A program made the position numbers and the translations under genes. Below are positions 49,931-63,183 of a DNA stretch of 64,000 bases, in pieces; position 1 is the stretch's first letter, and every line of letters starts with the position of its first letter. Origin of the DNA: Vicugna vicugna (Eukaryota); contig MU058221.1 of assembly GCA_013265495.1 (NCBI GenBank), positions 1,612,001 to 1,676,000 on the forward strand, in the 5' to 3' direction. Below the pieces are notes generated by a model. The model worked only from the letters and a program-made list of their open reading frames with translations. It was not told the origin of the DNA and did no database searches.

Positions 49931-50939
49931 CCTAAAAGTAGTCAATTCTTCATCTAGAAGAATGACCATTGAACCGGGTAATTAAACAAATCAAGGGATG
50001 GAGGATGTTTAAAGGCAGTTTGCATAAAATATTCACTTAGTGTTTTCACTGTGCACACAGTCATGTTCTTGACTCTCCCACCAACAGGAGACACTATTAC
50101 ACATTATTAGAGATTTCTGCATTACTGACAAAGGGTCTGGAAGCGCCCCTTATAATGCCCCACTTTTTTGAATTTATTCCTCTTATTTTCTGTGACAAGG
50201 AAAAGAGAGTGGCTATCAGCTTGGCATTTCATTGATTAAATCAAGTCTCCACAGCACTGCAAGTCAAAAATATTTTCCTCCAAAGAGAACCTTTAATAGC
50301 CTATCATTCAAGTTTAAGGAGAAGAATAAAAAAGGGGAAAAAATACATTCGTAAGAGGAAGATAAAATTCCATTGTATTCAAGGATTTCCGGCATAAAAC
50401 CTTCCAAAATCCACTGTCATCTAACCGCTCTGCTCTGCAGGAGTAAACTGTCCCCTGTTCGAAAAGCAATTAACTCTTTCAGATCTCGGAGAAGAGGACA
50501 ATGCTGTTTATCTCTCATCGTCTGGCCCACACTTCAGGTGCTGATGGCTATAATACATCCAATTATCCCTCGCTGGGGTTGTTTTCTGTATTTAGGAGGG
50601 CATTTTGACGTTTCATGATAACATTTTATCCAAGGGAAAGAAAAAAATATACTGTAAATATTTGGGGATCGCACACTGATAACATCTCTGTGATTTCAGC
50701 AAACGGCTCTGGCGAGCTTTGCCGCGTAATGACTGCCCTCTTAATTCAAATCCTGACACATGGTACCAAGGGCAGTGGAGCAAGAACTTTCTCGTCATGT
50801 AATGAACTCCATGTATCGCTGAAGCTATTTTAGAGACCGAATAAAACAATCTTTTTTAGTTTTTTTTAATGTATTGTTATTACAAGATATTGCAGCATCA
50901 ATAAATAAGTAAGTGAGAAAGCAGTTTCATATAATAATA

Positions 50940-51150
50940 AGGATCATGGAATTTGGAGTCATAGGTACCTGAGAAGACAGCCCGGCTTTGCCGTTTAACT
51001 CTCGTGTGACCTTGGGGAGGTTACCTTTAAGGCTGTTTCATCATCCATAAAAGACAACTAATAAAACCTACTTCAAAGTATTCCAGAAGTTGGTGGAATG
51101 CCCAGCACAGTGTCTGGCACGTTGGAGGCATAACCTAATTATATCATTGG
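50940..51150 (+). mobile_element. MIR
   Basis: 'ggaatttggagtcatag...gtgtgaccttggggaggttac...tgtttcatcatccataaaag'. Confidence 0.8.
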
Positions 51151-51355
51151 CAGCTCTGATTATTACGTTGATCCAGTAAAGCTGGTCTGAGGTTGTCATC
51201 TCAGCATAAGAGAAATAGGATTGGAAAGCAAAGCAGGCCATCATCTTATTAGCAAAATATTGAACCTCACAGGCAAGCTGTTTTGAACTCTGCTTCTGTT
51301 AAGTGAAGTCGAATGTGCTTAAGAATTTAGGTTCCTCCTGTTATCAGTCCTGTCA

Positions 51356-51530
51356 CTGAGGAAAAAAGCAAAGGGGTTTAAAATGAGCCTCCCCAATGTG
51401 TGCTCCTATGGCATGTGCATCATTCTGAGCTAAAGACAATCACGTCCCAAACAACTTAGGGAAACTTTTTGACTTCATCCATGACCGTCTTTCTCTTTGT
51501 CTCATGCCCTGTCCGTGCCCAGACTTATCT
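51356..51530 (+). mobile_element. ERV1 LTR 5' fragment (MER34-like)
   Basis: 'ctccccaatgtgtgctcctatggcatgtgcatcattctgagctaaagacaat'. Confidence 0.55.
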
Positions 51531-51989
51531 TCCAGTTCCCAGGGTTGGAATCAGCCAATCAACCAAATAATCTCCTGTATGTAAGCTCAGACCACCTCCA
51601 TTTCTCTTCTTGGATTGTCTAGTCTTCACCATGAACCCGTTTGACCAAACTGTAGTTGGTCTCTGCCCAATACAGAAGGAACATGTTCTGCTCATTTGAT
51701 AAATATTTATTGAACCAGGAAACAAACCAGATGCTGGGAAATCAGAGAAGAACGAGCCTCCAATCTCTGGCTGAGGAAGGAGGTGGATGACATTAGAGGC
51801 ACACACGTGCGTGGCCCAGCCTCCGGACGCTGCCGGGTCAACCCGCGTGTGCAAGGTGAAACTGCATGGCTGACAACCCTGCGTCTTAGGAGGCCATGCT
51901 TTGCATAGCGTGATTTTGGATTCTTGGACACAAGCAATGACCCAGAGACTGGATCTGGCCCAAGGACAGCCAATTTCTAAAATTATTCA

Positions 51990-52115
51990 TTTTTTTTTCA
52001 TGGGGAGGTAATTTGGTTTATTTACTTATTTATTTTCTGTGGCGGTGCTGGAGATTGAACCCAACACCTTGCGCATACTAAGCGTGTGCTCTACCACTGA
52101 GCTGTACCCTCCCCC
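51990..52115 (-). mobile_element. tRNA-derived SINE (Vic-1-like)
   Basis: 'ggggaggtaatttggtttattt...ggtgctggagattgaacccaacaccttgcgcatactaagcgtgtgctctaccactgagctgtaccctcccc'. Confidence 0.9.
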
Positions 52116-52324
52116 TAATTTTTTTTTTTTAATGATGATCTATGTCATGTAACAAAAGAGGAATGATTTGGGCCAGTCAGGCTCCCTTGTAAATTTGGAA
52201 CAAAAATGCTTGGGTCCGTCAGTGGTAGGAGGTGAAGTGGAAGATGCTGTGAAGGAGGGTTTTGTGCCGCGGCAAGCTGTGGTAATTGTGCACTGACCAC
52301 CTGAAATGCATGATTGCTGATAGG

Positions 52325-52700
52325 GGTCACAGGACTCACAGAGTTTATGCTCACACAGCAGCTTTATTAGAGGCAAAAAGTGCAGATCAGCAACAGCAAG
52401 AGAGTAACAGACCTTGAGAGGGGCCAGGAGAGTTCAGACACTGGCTTCTTTCCCCCCCCCCCCGTTTTTGGGTTGGGTCACACAGAACTCCCTCTGCCTC
52501 CTGGTCCCAAAGCATCACGGTGTGTGTGCAAAGTCTCGCAGCACCAAGGAGCCCAAAGTCAGCCCAGGAGGGACCTCTCTCTTAGGACGGGCTATCTGAC
52601 CAGTTTTAACCATTGAAATGCCCTTGACCCAAGTCATAAATCCAGTTATTAAAACTCATCGATACTGATAGGCTGGCACATCTTTCTCACAGATGCACGA
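52325..52700. mobile_element. MER21/MER77-like LTR fragment
   Basis: 'ggactcacagagtttatgctcacacagcagctttatta...ggccaggagagttcagacactggcttc...ggtcacacaga'. Confidence 0.65.
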
Positions 52701-53539
52701 CCACAGAAAAACATATATTTTTAGGGAAAACTCTCTGCTGTGTTGACCAAGTGTCAGTCGCTCGGGAGATAAGCGTGCGATCAATCAGACCAGCTGAGAC
52801 TAACCTGTGTTGTGGCCGAGTTTAAGCTATAATTGAGTAGAAACTATGAGGAAACCTAGGAAACTGCTCAGTAAAAAGAGGAACATAGAGGAGTTAGAAG
52901 CGAAAAGTAAGGAAGATTGATGAAGAGGCAGAGAACGGAGGGGACAAGTTTTCAGGACTTCCTCCTTCTCTGATGACTTTCTGATCTCATTTCACTTGTG
53001 TTTATTGAAGTAAGCTCAGTAAGTACCTATTCTTCATAAGCGAAAGACAAAACAATACTCCCGGCTGACGTGGTACGTCTCCGATCTGGGTTTCTGAGAC
53101 AAAACTTAAGGTTGACGGAGGCCAGGGAAGTCCCATCCCTTCCACCGTGGGCCCTCTCTCACATAACTGAGAAATTTACAGAAGCAAGAGAACCCGCATC
53201 AAAATCTTCGTTTACTGCCAGGAAGCAGGGAAGGTGGAACATGGCAGAACGCAGGCTCTCTCAAGGCAATGGTTCCAAAAGGAAAGAAATCCAGAAATAT
53301 TTGAGCTGAGCCCGGCAGTTCCCTTTGCCAGGCTCAGCAATCCGACAGTTCAGCGCTCCATCCTTGAGAAAGCGTGAGCTGGAAACAAAGAAAAGATCTG
53401 CAGTGTTGCTGTAAATGAGTCTTCCCACCAATGTGCGAGAACGGGGGACTGAGGTTGTCACAGCAAAGGCATACAACTGACACGAGGGAATATGTTAGTG
53501 ACTTGTTGAACTATCACAGACAGGACCTTAACCTTTAAC

Positions 53540-54032
53540 TGAAGTTGGGAGGGAGCAGAGTGCATGACCCCAAACACGCCACTTTGGCACATACATTATT
53601 TTCAGATAAAGAAGGTTTTTTTGTGGGGGGAGGTTGGTTTTGGTTTTGGGTTTTTTTGTTTGTTTGTTTACCTCTCGCTTAACTGCCTAAAAGAGTCTAG
53701 ACAGGGAGCCTCTCCCAGGAAGAGAGCCAACACCAAAGATAAATGTTTACATCAGAAAGACAGGTCTGCATGGCAAACAGATACTTGCTGCTCCCACATT
53801 CCCTGTGAATTATCTTCCCCTCTTGAAACCTTAGACCCCCATCCCTTTCTCCTCAGCTCAGAACGGCACAGACGTCTCAGTTTCCTGAGTAACAGAGGGC
53901 TTCATACCTTGGAATGCTCATATATATGAAATTAAACATGTCTTTCTCCTGTTAATCTGTCCTATGTCATTTTGATTATTAGACCAGCCAAAGAACGTAG
54001 AAGGGGAGAAAGAAAAACGTTTCCTCCTGCAA
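53540..54032 (+). mobile_element. ERV1 solo LTR, MER34-like
   Basis: 'gaccccaaacacgccactttggcacatacattatttt' and 'ttctcctgttaatctgtcctatgtcattttgattattagaccagcc'. Confidence 0.8.
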
Positions 54033-54680
54033 AGGTCGCTCTGTCCCTCTCTTCCTTGAGAACTGGCCCCCTGGGGTTTCCTCAGCGTTATCCACATATA
54101 ATCGTCTACCCTAACAGAGGGGCAAAGAGCACTTGAGCCCACCCCGAGTAATTCTACCTTACATGGCAACATCCTGAAAGCGAAATTCTGAATCATGACA
54201 TGATACCATGTCCCTCACGGCAGCTAAGGCTCTCTGAGTTTAGGCAGAGGCAAGGGTTTGCTGGTGGAAATCAGCCTGTCACTCTGTACTTTTACAGCAA
54301 ATAAAAAACCAGTTCCAAACGCCGTCCATTGAGCGTTCAAGAATTAATCAGCTTCCCTTCGCGTTAGTTTCCCATTTATCTCTGTGCTTCTGAGATCCCT
54401 TCTGAGCCCACAATTAGGGAAAAGCTAAAACACTGAAACAAAAGCGTATGCTGTGGTAACTTCTCTCCCGGTAAGCACACACATTATCGGGGGACTCTAG
54501 GAGACTGATTGCAGAGATGCGTCTTCCAGTCCCTTGTTGCAGACATTTTTCTTAAAGTATCCCAGGGGGCACTAATGGGCTCTCCTGTTGTGCCCAGCCC
54601 TACACCAGCCCAGAATTCTTCTGGTTAATGTCTATGTTAAGATGTAAAAAATAAAATTCCGGTTTCAAAAGTGGAAGAAA

Positions 54681-55172
54681 TGTTAGGTAGTTAGGTAAGT
54701 GGGGGCACCGGGCAGACAGGTGGAGGAGAGGGAGGAGGGTCCCAGCCTCCAGCATAAAGGGGCTTCACTTTTTCTAAATGAGCGCCAGCAAAAAACAGTA
54801 GCAGAAAGGACTTAACTGGACAGGACGCAGTGCTCACTGTATTATAATTAACATTGCAGTGTAGCACCCCCCCCCCACCATGGGTTTTTCCGTGTGCACT
54901 CCATGGGTAAGGACATGCACAAAGGGGCCAGACATGGCTAAGCTCCAGGGACAAGAGCTGTCAATCAATCAAGAGCCCACCTCTAGGCGAGGGTCTAAGA
55001 GGAGGGGAGACAATACCCACTGCTTTCCTCCCTCAGGTCAGCCCGCCTCCTGCTCATGAAGGTGCACTTTCCCATTTTTTAAATAAATCTTTAAATATCT
55101 TTTGCTGCACAAGACATCATCCCCCGATTGTAAATTTGTCTTTTAGTTATGACAAGACTTTTTGGGGTAACA
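54681..55172 (+). mobile_element. ERV solo LTR, 492 bp
   Basis: 'tgttaggtag...ggggtaaca' with a perfect TSD GAAA (54677-54680 and 55173-55176); AATAAA near 55082. Confidence 0.88.
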
Positions 55173-58099
55173 GAAATGTTAACAAATATACACAAAAGAA
55201 AATGGATGCATACAAAAATTACTCTTTTAAGAACACTGATCTGATACTGAATTCCCAAATTCCCAGCTGAACGAATATCTGGAATCAAGACAGGAGGTTA
55301 AGGACACGAGTGCTAAAGTCTTCACTGCAAAATGATGGGATTCAAAAGATAATGTTGCATTCATGCTTACCTAGGCTGACATTAGAAAATCAGTTTAAAG
55401 ATTTGTTTATTTACATATTACCATAATCAGCTTAAAAGAAAATACAGAACTTTTCAAACTTTATGAAAGCAAATGAAATGTCCTCTATGCAGCAAATTGC
55501 AGAAAACAGAAGAAACAGCAGTTCTGGCCCAGCTGACCCACTTCCGCTTGCTGGTGACTTTCAGGGATCGACGACCTGCACGTCCACGTGCGCACACCCT
55601 CCGTTTCCACAGAGAAGCGGCCTGGCGCGGGGCCCTGCCGTGAGCCTGACTTCAGCGCGCTGAGCCCGTCAGCAGCCAGGGCACGGACAGGTTTGAGGTC
55701 CCCACGCCCTCGTCCGCCATCCTCATCTGCACTCATCATTCTTTTCATTTTCCATCCTGCTTAGCAGCACTTACGTGCCAGGCACTTGGCTGTGTACTAC
55801 CGCTGAATTTCTCTGGAAGCCTCTAGTCAAGGGTGGCCTGTGGTTTTCCTCAAGTTTTTCTTGTTTTTTCCTTTAACCTAACTGAGCCCCAAGCTCGTAT
55901 GACTGTCACAACCACCGGTTTCGCCCTGAGTTAGGCCAGCCTGCTGGCCGCAGCCTCCTTGCCGATGCACCGCGCTTACTGGTGTTCCTCGTGCTGTGAC
56001 AATGGCTATGACAAGTCTGCAGCTCAGCATCTCCAGTCCCAGGAGACTCTCAGACCCTGGGAATTTTTGGTCCGCCCCCCTGTCTTGTAGCTGGTCTACA
56101 TATGCTCAGTCAGAACTGGACACAAGCAAGATACAAAACTAAACAAACAATGCACTGGATTTTAAGATAAAAATGCGTAGCCCACACACAGATAAGCGTG
56201 GAAAACAGACCGAAAATAACACATTTAAACATAATTGGTGGTGCTTTCTTGGTGGAATTTAACTCTCTTCACTGTATTTAATAGTTCCACATTTTCTATA
56301 GATATTATTATTTCTATACTATGAAATAATGCATAATATATAGATGAGTATAATGTGTAAATAAATATAATCTTTAAATCAACGCAATATGTAAATAGAT
56401 ACAGATTTCTCAGTACATTATGAAACAGGTTAATATAAAAACATAAGATTTGCTTCATTATGTCAGAAATGGAGTGAACGCCTTCTCTAGAATGAACCAG
56501 AAGTGATGAGCTTTATATCTTACAGCGAAGTCACTCCTCTGGCTTCTCTTTGAACATTTTTTTTTTTTTTTGCCTATCATAATTCACAGAAGGATAAATA
56601 AGTTCAGACTTGTTTTTCTTCTCTGCCAAAATGTTAGGTGTCTAAAACCCTGACTTTATGAATATGACAAAGCATGCCAAAATAGATACTTTCAAGTCCG
56701 TATCAGGTTTCAGCCCTTTAAACCGTGGAAGATGCGTTCTGACTGAACAATGTTAACTGCAAAGCCTGTTAAGACGCGGTGATGTTATTAACTGTTGAAC
56801 CAGACAGAGTCCTGAGTTACTGGCTGCCCTGAAGCCTACAGCAAAGCGTCTGATGTTGTGATTTGTAATTGTAAGTGGACTGAGCCAGCGTCCCTCCCAG
56901 GAGAGCTGACATCAAATCCATCACCGACCATCAAGGTAAACAATCAGTGCTTCTAAGAAAAACATAATTCCCCAAAGCGGGTCAGAACCACGTCAGGGCG
57001 CACACCAGGATGCAATGCGTTCATGCCTTCTTCTCACTTTGCAGAGACACAAATTTGAATTATTCTGGTCACAAAATATTTTATCATCTAAATCTGAATG
57101 ATAAACCATCTATAAAGAGCAACGCAAGGAAGTCTACTGTTGCATTTTAATAAAGAGCATTGAAAGTAAAGCTGGACTGCACACATCAGCGTTTTTTAAT
57201 CTCAATGATAAATTGTTATTCCAAAGGGACAACAGGTCTAGCTTCCATCACTAATGAAGAAAGGAAGATTAAAGCTACAGAAAAAAAAATCAGTTCTTAG
57301 AAGCATTCTTTATACATGTGGAAAGAATGTTCAAGTTGAGATTTCGTGGCGTTTCTTAAGGGTCTAAGAACAAGCGGCATGAGGTTAAGAGAAACAGCCA
57401 AACAGAATTACATTCCAGACTCAGGCTCCTTCTTGCCAGCAGCCCAGTTGTCTCACTGAACTCAAGGCTCACCATTGCCCCCTAAACTTCAAATTCCTCT
57501 CATTCACCTTGCTCCCCGTATTCAAATCTTGGTCTCCTTTCAAGACAAAGATTAAGACTCAGCTGTTTCCTACCACCGCCACCCACAGGGACCTCTGCCC
57601 TCTCTAATCCCTTACACACGTCTCATTCGAACACGGCCGTTTGTGTAAATGGAGAGCTTTTGGGTTCCTACGTGTGGATCTTGCTGTGGGAGCTTGGTCA
57701 GCTTCTTGAAGGCAAATGCTTCTTCTGTTTCTCTGAACCCCCATGTTTGCTCGTAGCTTGTTTCTGACTCTGTGATTGCCTCTGACCATAACTATATCTC
57801 CCTCCCTGTTCATCCGTTCTCTTTCAATCTTTCAAGTATTATCAACTGGTCACCATGAGTCAGCGTCTGTCCTACGCATCAGGAAATGTCAAGGAATGAG
57901 AGAACAGAGGTCACAGCTCAGCACGGGAACTGGGGTCTCACAGTGTCAAACGAGAGGCTCTCCATCCTAATAGGGGGTTATCATTGGGAAACAAATGTAA
58001 GGAGCGTTTAATTTAGCCCTGGGAAACAACGAAGGCTTCCTGATTGAAATTTTAGATTTTTTCCCCCAGCAAATAAAAAGAAGATGAAGAAAGGAAGTG

Positions 58100-58580
58100 T
58101 TCAAAAGAGATGTCAAAAGGTATAAAATACTGAGATCACAGACAGAGAGCCCAGCAACTCTGTGCAAGGTACAGAAAGAAGTTCACCTTTGTGAGCGCAC
58201 AAAGAGCAAGAGGGAAGCCGGAGCGAGGGGGCTGGACAGGTCCCTGCTGCCAAACCACGAAAGACCTGTGAGCTCTTAAGAATTTTGAACTTAATTCTAA
58301 AGGAAATGTAAGACCATCATTGTAGCCACACTGCAGGAAAATGCATTAAAGGGGAGCAAGGAGCAGCCAGAAGAAGGTTAAGAGAAATAACTCAAGATTT
58401 ACAGATTGGCAACAGAAGAGTATCCTGGGGGCGGTGGGTGTCAGCCATTGAAGATTAGAGGTGGAGAACTCGGATCCAAAAGAGATTTAGAAAGAAGCAG
58501 TCGGAGAGGATAGAAAAAGAGGGAGAGAATCTTGTCACAGAACCTAAGAGAATGAGACATCATAAAAAGAAGTGCAGAGC
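58100..58580 (-). mobile_element. L2 fragment
   Basis: 'aactctgtgcaaggtacaga' and 'taagaattttgaacttaattctaaaggaaatg'. Confidence 0.65.
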
Positions 58581-59019
58581 AGACTAGAGCTCACGTCTTG
58601 CCCTCTCTGCTCCTCCAATAAAAAGAATCAGGCTTCTTGGAGAAATTTCATGTTTAAAATGTCAATAATCTATACACAAAAGTAGAGTTTCAACAGGTCA
58701 GCCTACAGTCTTCGTGAATTTAAGGGAAATGAAGATAAAAAGATTTCTAAAGAAGAACCATCCACACGCTGTCAGAGTTGTTCGCTATGGAATCACGGAA
58801 GACTGGGGGTTCCCAAGAGCAGTTCTCGTGTCTTCTAGCTGTTTGGGCTGTGCGTGCGCATTGGCTGCCCTCCTCAGCAGTGGTTTATTCATTGCAACGC
58901 AGGATGTTCCATGGAGAAGGTGCCACAGGCAAGAGAAGGCAAGTTGAATGGTAACAAGCAAAACATTCATTCACTCAACAAACACACGTTGCACACAGCA
59001 CCTACTGTGTGCAAGGTGC

Positions 59020-59375
59020 TTGCCTTAGTCTGTCCAGGCTGCTGCAACAAAACACTGCAGACAGGGTAACTTAACGCAGCAGAATTCCATGTCTCGTGGT
59101 TCTGGAAGCTGGTGGCCCGACATCAGCGTGCCAGTGTGGCCAGGCTCTTCCTGGCTGCAGACTGCTGGCTTCTCGCTGCGTCCTTTCATGACGGAAGAAG
59201 GGCCCAGGGCTCTCTCTAATCCCCTTTTATAAGGCACCAATCGCCTTCGTGAAGGTCCCACACTTAGGACTGAAGCACCTCCCCCTCCCAAAAAAAGCCT
59301 TATCGCTTAATATCATTGCATTTAGGGGTTAGGATTTCCACATACGAATTTGGGGGGAACACGAACATTCAGTGC
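59020..59375 (-). mobile_element. MaLR LTR (MLT1A/MSTD-like)
   Basis: 'ccttagtctgtccaggctgctgcaacaaaacac...ggttctggaagctgg...ggttaggatttccacatacgaatttggggggaacac'. Confidence 0.88.
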
Positions 59376-59749
59376 TGGACAGAGACCAGGGAGCCAGCGT
59401 GGCCCCTTCCGTGCGGTCCAGGCTGAGAGCGAGAGAGTGCGGAGCAGTTACAATACATTGGACCCAGTTTGACCAAAGGAACGTGCAGGGTGTTCCAAGA
59501 ACACATGGAAGGGGTGTGGGAGCCAAAGTGAACAGAGTGTAAGTTCAGGGGAGGCTCTGGGGAGAAAACGGAATCTAAGTTGAATCCAAAAAAGGTGAAA
59601 GAGGGCAAAAGTGTTCCAGGAATTGAAAATTTGAAAAGCAGTCCAAACATTCAGGACATAGAATGAGTGGGTGAAAGGGCGGGATAAGAGTCCGAGCCAG
59701 GCCAACGAAGCCTCGCCTCCCCATTTTAGGGAGTTTGAAACTGACCTCG

Positions 59750-59960
59750 GACAACAGCACAGAATTTGGAAGCAGCCCAGACTTCACATTCCATCGTCAA
59801 TAAAAGTTAGACGGTGTGACTGCGGTATCGGATTTAGCTCGTCAGCACCTGGGTTTTCTCATCTGTAACGAATGAATAATAACTTATAAACATCGCTGTG
59901 CGACGCAAATACGATAATATATGGGAAAGCACTTGGGGAAAAAATGTGTTCACATGTTCC
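59750..59960 (+). mobile_element. MIR
   Basis: 'acctgggttttctcatctgtaacgaatgaataata...atgggaaagcactt'. Confidence 0.75.
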
Positions 59961-62277
59961 ACAACCATAAGGTGCCACCGCTGCATGACCGATGGCAAAG
60001 TGCGACACCGAAATTAAAGACAAAACGCAGTGATATCCAGGAGGACCTCTGCTTTCTCCAGCACAGTTGATGTACGGCCAAGAACGAAGTCTGACAGCAC
60101 AGCCCGCGCAGTCAGCACCTTCCCCTGCATCACAGCACACGGCTTAGCGATGCCACTGGGGCACTCTCTGATTCCAAAAAGGCCCAAGGACATTGAGAAG
60201 GACACGCACTGCTGAATTCACACATTTCCCATGGTGTTCATGCATGTGGAAGGTCCTACATGTACCCTCGGAAGGTTACTTTTCTGCATTACTGATGGCC
60301 CAGTAGGAAATGATCATCGTAAGCATGAAAGCAGGTTGAGAACTCCTCATTCTGAGGGCTTTCAATGCATTAGGAACCTTGAATCAAATCACATGCGTGG
60401 ATATACACACACACACATGCACACATATATACAGTGATTCTATAAGGTTGAGATGAATATTAGCCCCATTTGCAGAACCTGAGGCTCAGACAAGGCAGAC
60501 AGCTTCCCCAGCACCACCAAAATGTGTTAGATTTGTTATATGAATCAATGACTCATCTCACTCCTGTACTGCGCAGAAGCTTGCATGATAAGATACCACA
60601 CCACGAAAAATACAGAGATTGTACTTCTGGGTCAGAATGGTGTCACCAGCGCAACCAGATTATTACTATAACGTCAATGAAAACACAGAGAAAAGACTCA
60701 AACTGTCAACCCCACTACAACGTAAGACGCACAGACGTCATGGAGCTAGAAATCTAGGAAGACCTAGTAGAAGAGTCTGTGGGTCTTGATTTGGAAAAAC
60801 GGACCCAACACTGTGCCTGACGGCATATGAAGACGTGGGCTCTCGAAACTGAGCTGGAATTAACCCAAGTCCAGCCAGACCGTGCCATCAAGGGCTTTGC
60901 TCAAAGTCTTCAAGTTATAACCCTGTGCACCCAAAGTTGTACTTTATTTTTCAAGACAGTAGAACTGATAGGCTAGTTCTGTAAACCCAGAGCATCTGGG
61001 TTTTAGCCAGACATTAGACAAGATCTTTTATTTCAGTCTTGTGGGTAAGTTGAAGTAACATGAGCTAGTACCTTTAAAGTATAAATAATTTAACCCTACA
61101 CTCAGCGGCAAATGTTTAATGAATGGACAGCCACCTGCACAGCTGGTTTGAATCACAGGGGTTGAGCTGCGTTGATATCCTAGAAGTGAAAAAACTCGCC
61201 GAATCATAAAATGGGATCTAGCGAGGAATAAGAGTGCTCTGGTTGGATGGCAGACTCAATGTCTTCCAAGTGCTAGATGATATAAGAGGTTAATGGGCAC
61301 AAATAAACGTTTCTGTCCTGAGATCTACAAACCAAGCATATCAGTCCTGGAGGGAGAATCCCTGACCGTCCTTTGTCCACATCCAGGGCGTCACTTGAGA
61401 GAGCACAGTTGACAGGAAGCCGACAGACCCCTTCTGGCATGGAGCGGGGATCTCAAGCAGGCACGGCGATTCGGTGCCTCCACAGGGTGACCGTGTCTGG
61501 GACCTGCAGGCAAGGCTCCATCTCACTCTCACGTGCTGGAGCGTGCCCTGATCCGTGCTTCACCTCTGATGACACCGTTGAAAAAAAATAAAATAATCAT
61601 AAGAGAGCTGGTTAATCAAAGACTGAAGACCAAGTATGTAACTAGAATGTCAAGAAATTCTAGAAAAGAGGTAAGATCTTTGAAACAGAAAATGCCAGGA
61701 GACTCTCCCGTTTCTTTCTATAATAAATACATCTTCTTTTGTGAATAAAGGGCTGTTTGGCAAGCTTGAGTCATAGCAGAAACTGGGCGGACTTGAGAAA
61801 GGATCATAATGATGTGTGAGCAGCTCCAGGAAATCCCTGAACCAGCCCCCAACCCGGACAAGGCTCTTGACGTCACCCTGGTTGCTCCCATCAGGCTACA
61901 GGGTCCAAGGGCTCAGTAAGTCTTCTGAGTTGTGCAATGCCTCTTTTCCAGATTACTCGGAAACCCTAAGGAACCTTGCATGCCAGAGAAAAGCTCCCCT
62001 TATTGGTAACAAAAGGGCATTCAATGAATATCTAATAAGGAAATGAATGAAAAGTTATTAATTCCAGAAGGGACAAGGGAGAGGGACAGAAACATTCTTA
62101 TAAAGATATCTTGAAATTAAATGAGGACATTAAAATTCTAATTAAATACTGTTGAGTATGTTTAAAAATGAAGTTAATGTAACAGAACAAGGGTTAAACT
62201 AGAATAACTCGGTACCCTGAAATTCTTGAACGTTACGAGTATTTCTAACGACCGTGGGAGGAGTTCTGAGGAATTAA

Positions 62278-62307
62278 TCTCTCTCTTTCTCTCCTCCTTT
62301 CTCTCTT

Positions 62308-62346
<39 letters not shown>
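62278..62346. repeat. CT-rich tract plus (CA)n microsatellite
   Basis: About 18 CA units after a CT tract. Confidence 0.95.
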
Positions 62347-62348
<2 letters not shown>

Positions 62349-62575
62349 CAACAGAGCCAATTGTATCTATTGGGAAGCTTCGTTACAGCCCTGTGCCCGC
62401 CATAAAGTCTCCTCCCAACACAAAACCTCGGCCCAGGTCTCCAGATTTCCGCTCGTGAGTTTCTCATCTTTCCCTACTTTCAATTTTGAATCCAGTTGTG
62501 TTACACATTAGGACACCCTTCTGTGCAAGAGATTTCTCTGCAAAAACAGGCTGAAAGATTGGCTATGTTAGGGGA

Positions 62576-62609
62576 TTTTAGAGTTCCCCAGAGAAACAAA
62601 GTGAATAAG

Positions 62610-62642
<33 letters not shown>

Positions 62643-63183
62643 TCTGTGTGTCTCTGTGTGTCTGTGTGTGTAGAGAGAGGGAGAGAAGGAGAGAGATTTT
62701 TTACAAGTAATTGGCCCATGTGATGGAGGGTGACAAGGGACACGTCCCGAGAGCAGCCGTCAGCGGACAAGCTGATGGGGTAGTTCTAGTCCAAATCTAG
62801 CCCAGATCTGAAGGCCTGGAACCAGGAGCGCTGACGGTGTAAGTTCCCGTCCTAAAGCCGACAGACCTGAGACCCAGGAAGAGATGATTTTCAGCCACAG
62901 TCCAAACACAGGGGATGAAAATCAGCGCCCCAGTGCAAAGGCAGTCAGGGCAGAGGAGCATCCAGCCCTCTGAAGGAAGGCCGGCCCTTGGCTCCCTTCA
63001 AGCCTTCCCATGACTGGGTGAGACCCACCCAGACGAGAGAGCGCTCTCTGCTTCACTCAGTTTATTGACTTACCTGTTAAACTCATCCCCAAACCCCTTC
63101 ACAGAAACACCCAGAGTGACGTCCGGCCAACACCGGGGCGCCTGGCGGTCCCGTTACTCTGACACGTAACGTGAGCCATCACA
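62576..63183 (-). mobile_element. ERVL solo LTR (MLT2C/D-like) with internal (TG)n(AG)n repeat
   Basis: 'gagttccccagagaaaca', 'aattggcccatgtgatggagg', 'tgactgggtgagacccaccca', ending 'ccatcaca'. Possible 5-bp TSD GGGGA (62571-62575 / 63184-63188). Confidence 0.88.

Noticed and set aside
60961..61003. Two small adjacent inverted repeats (agaact/agttct; aaacccaga/tctgggttt)
   Set aside because: Short enough to arise by chance in 64 kb.
61868..61875. Isolated CRE palindrome TGACGTCA
   Set aside because: A single 8-mer with no supporting cluster.
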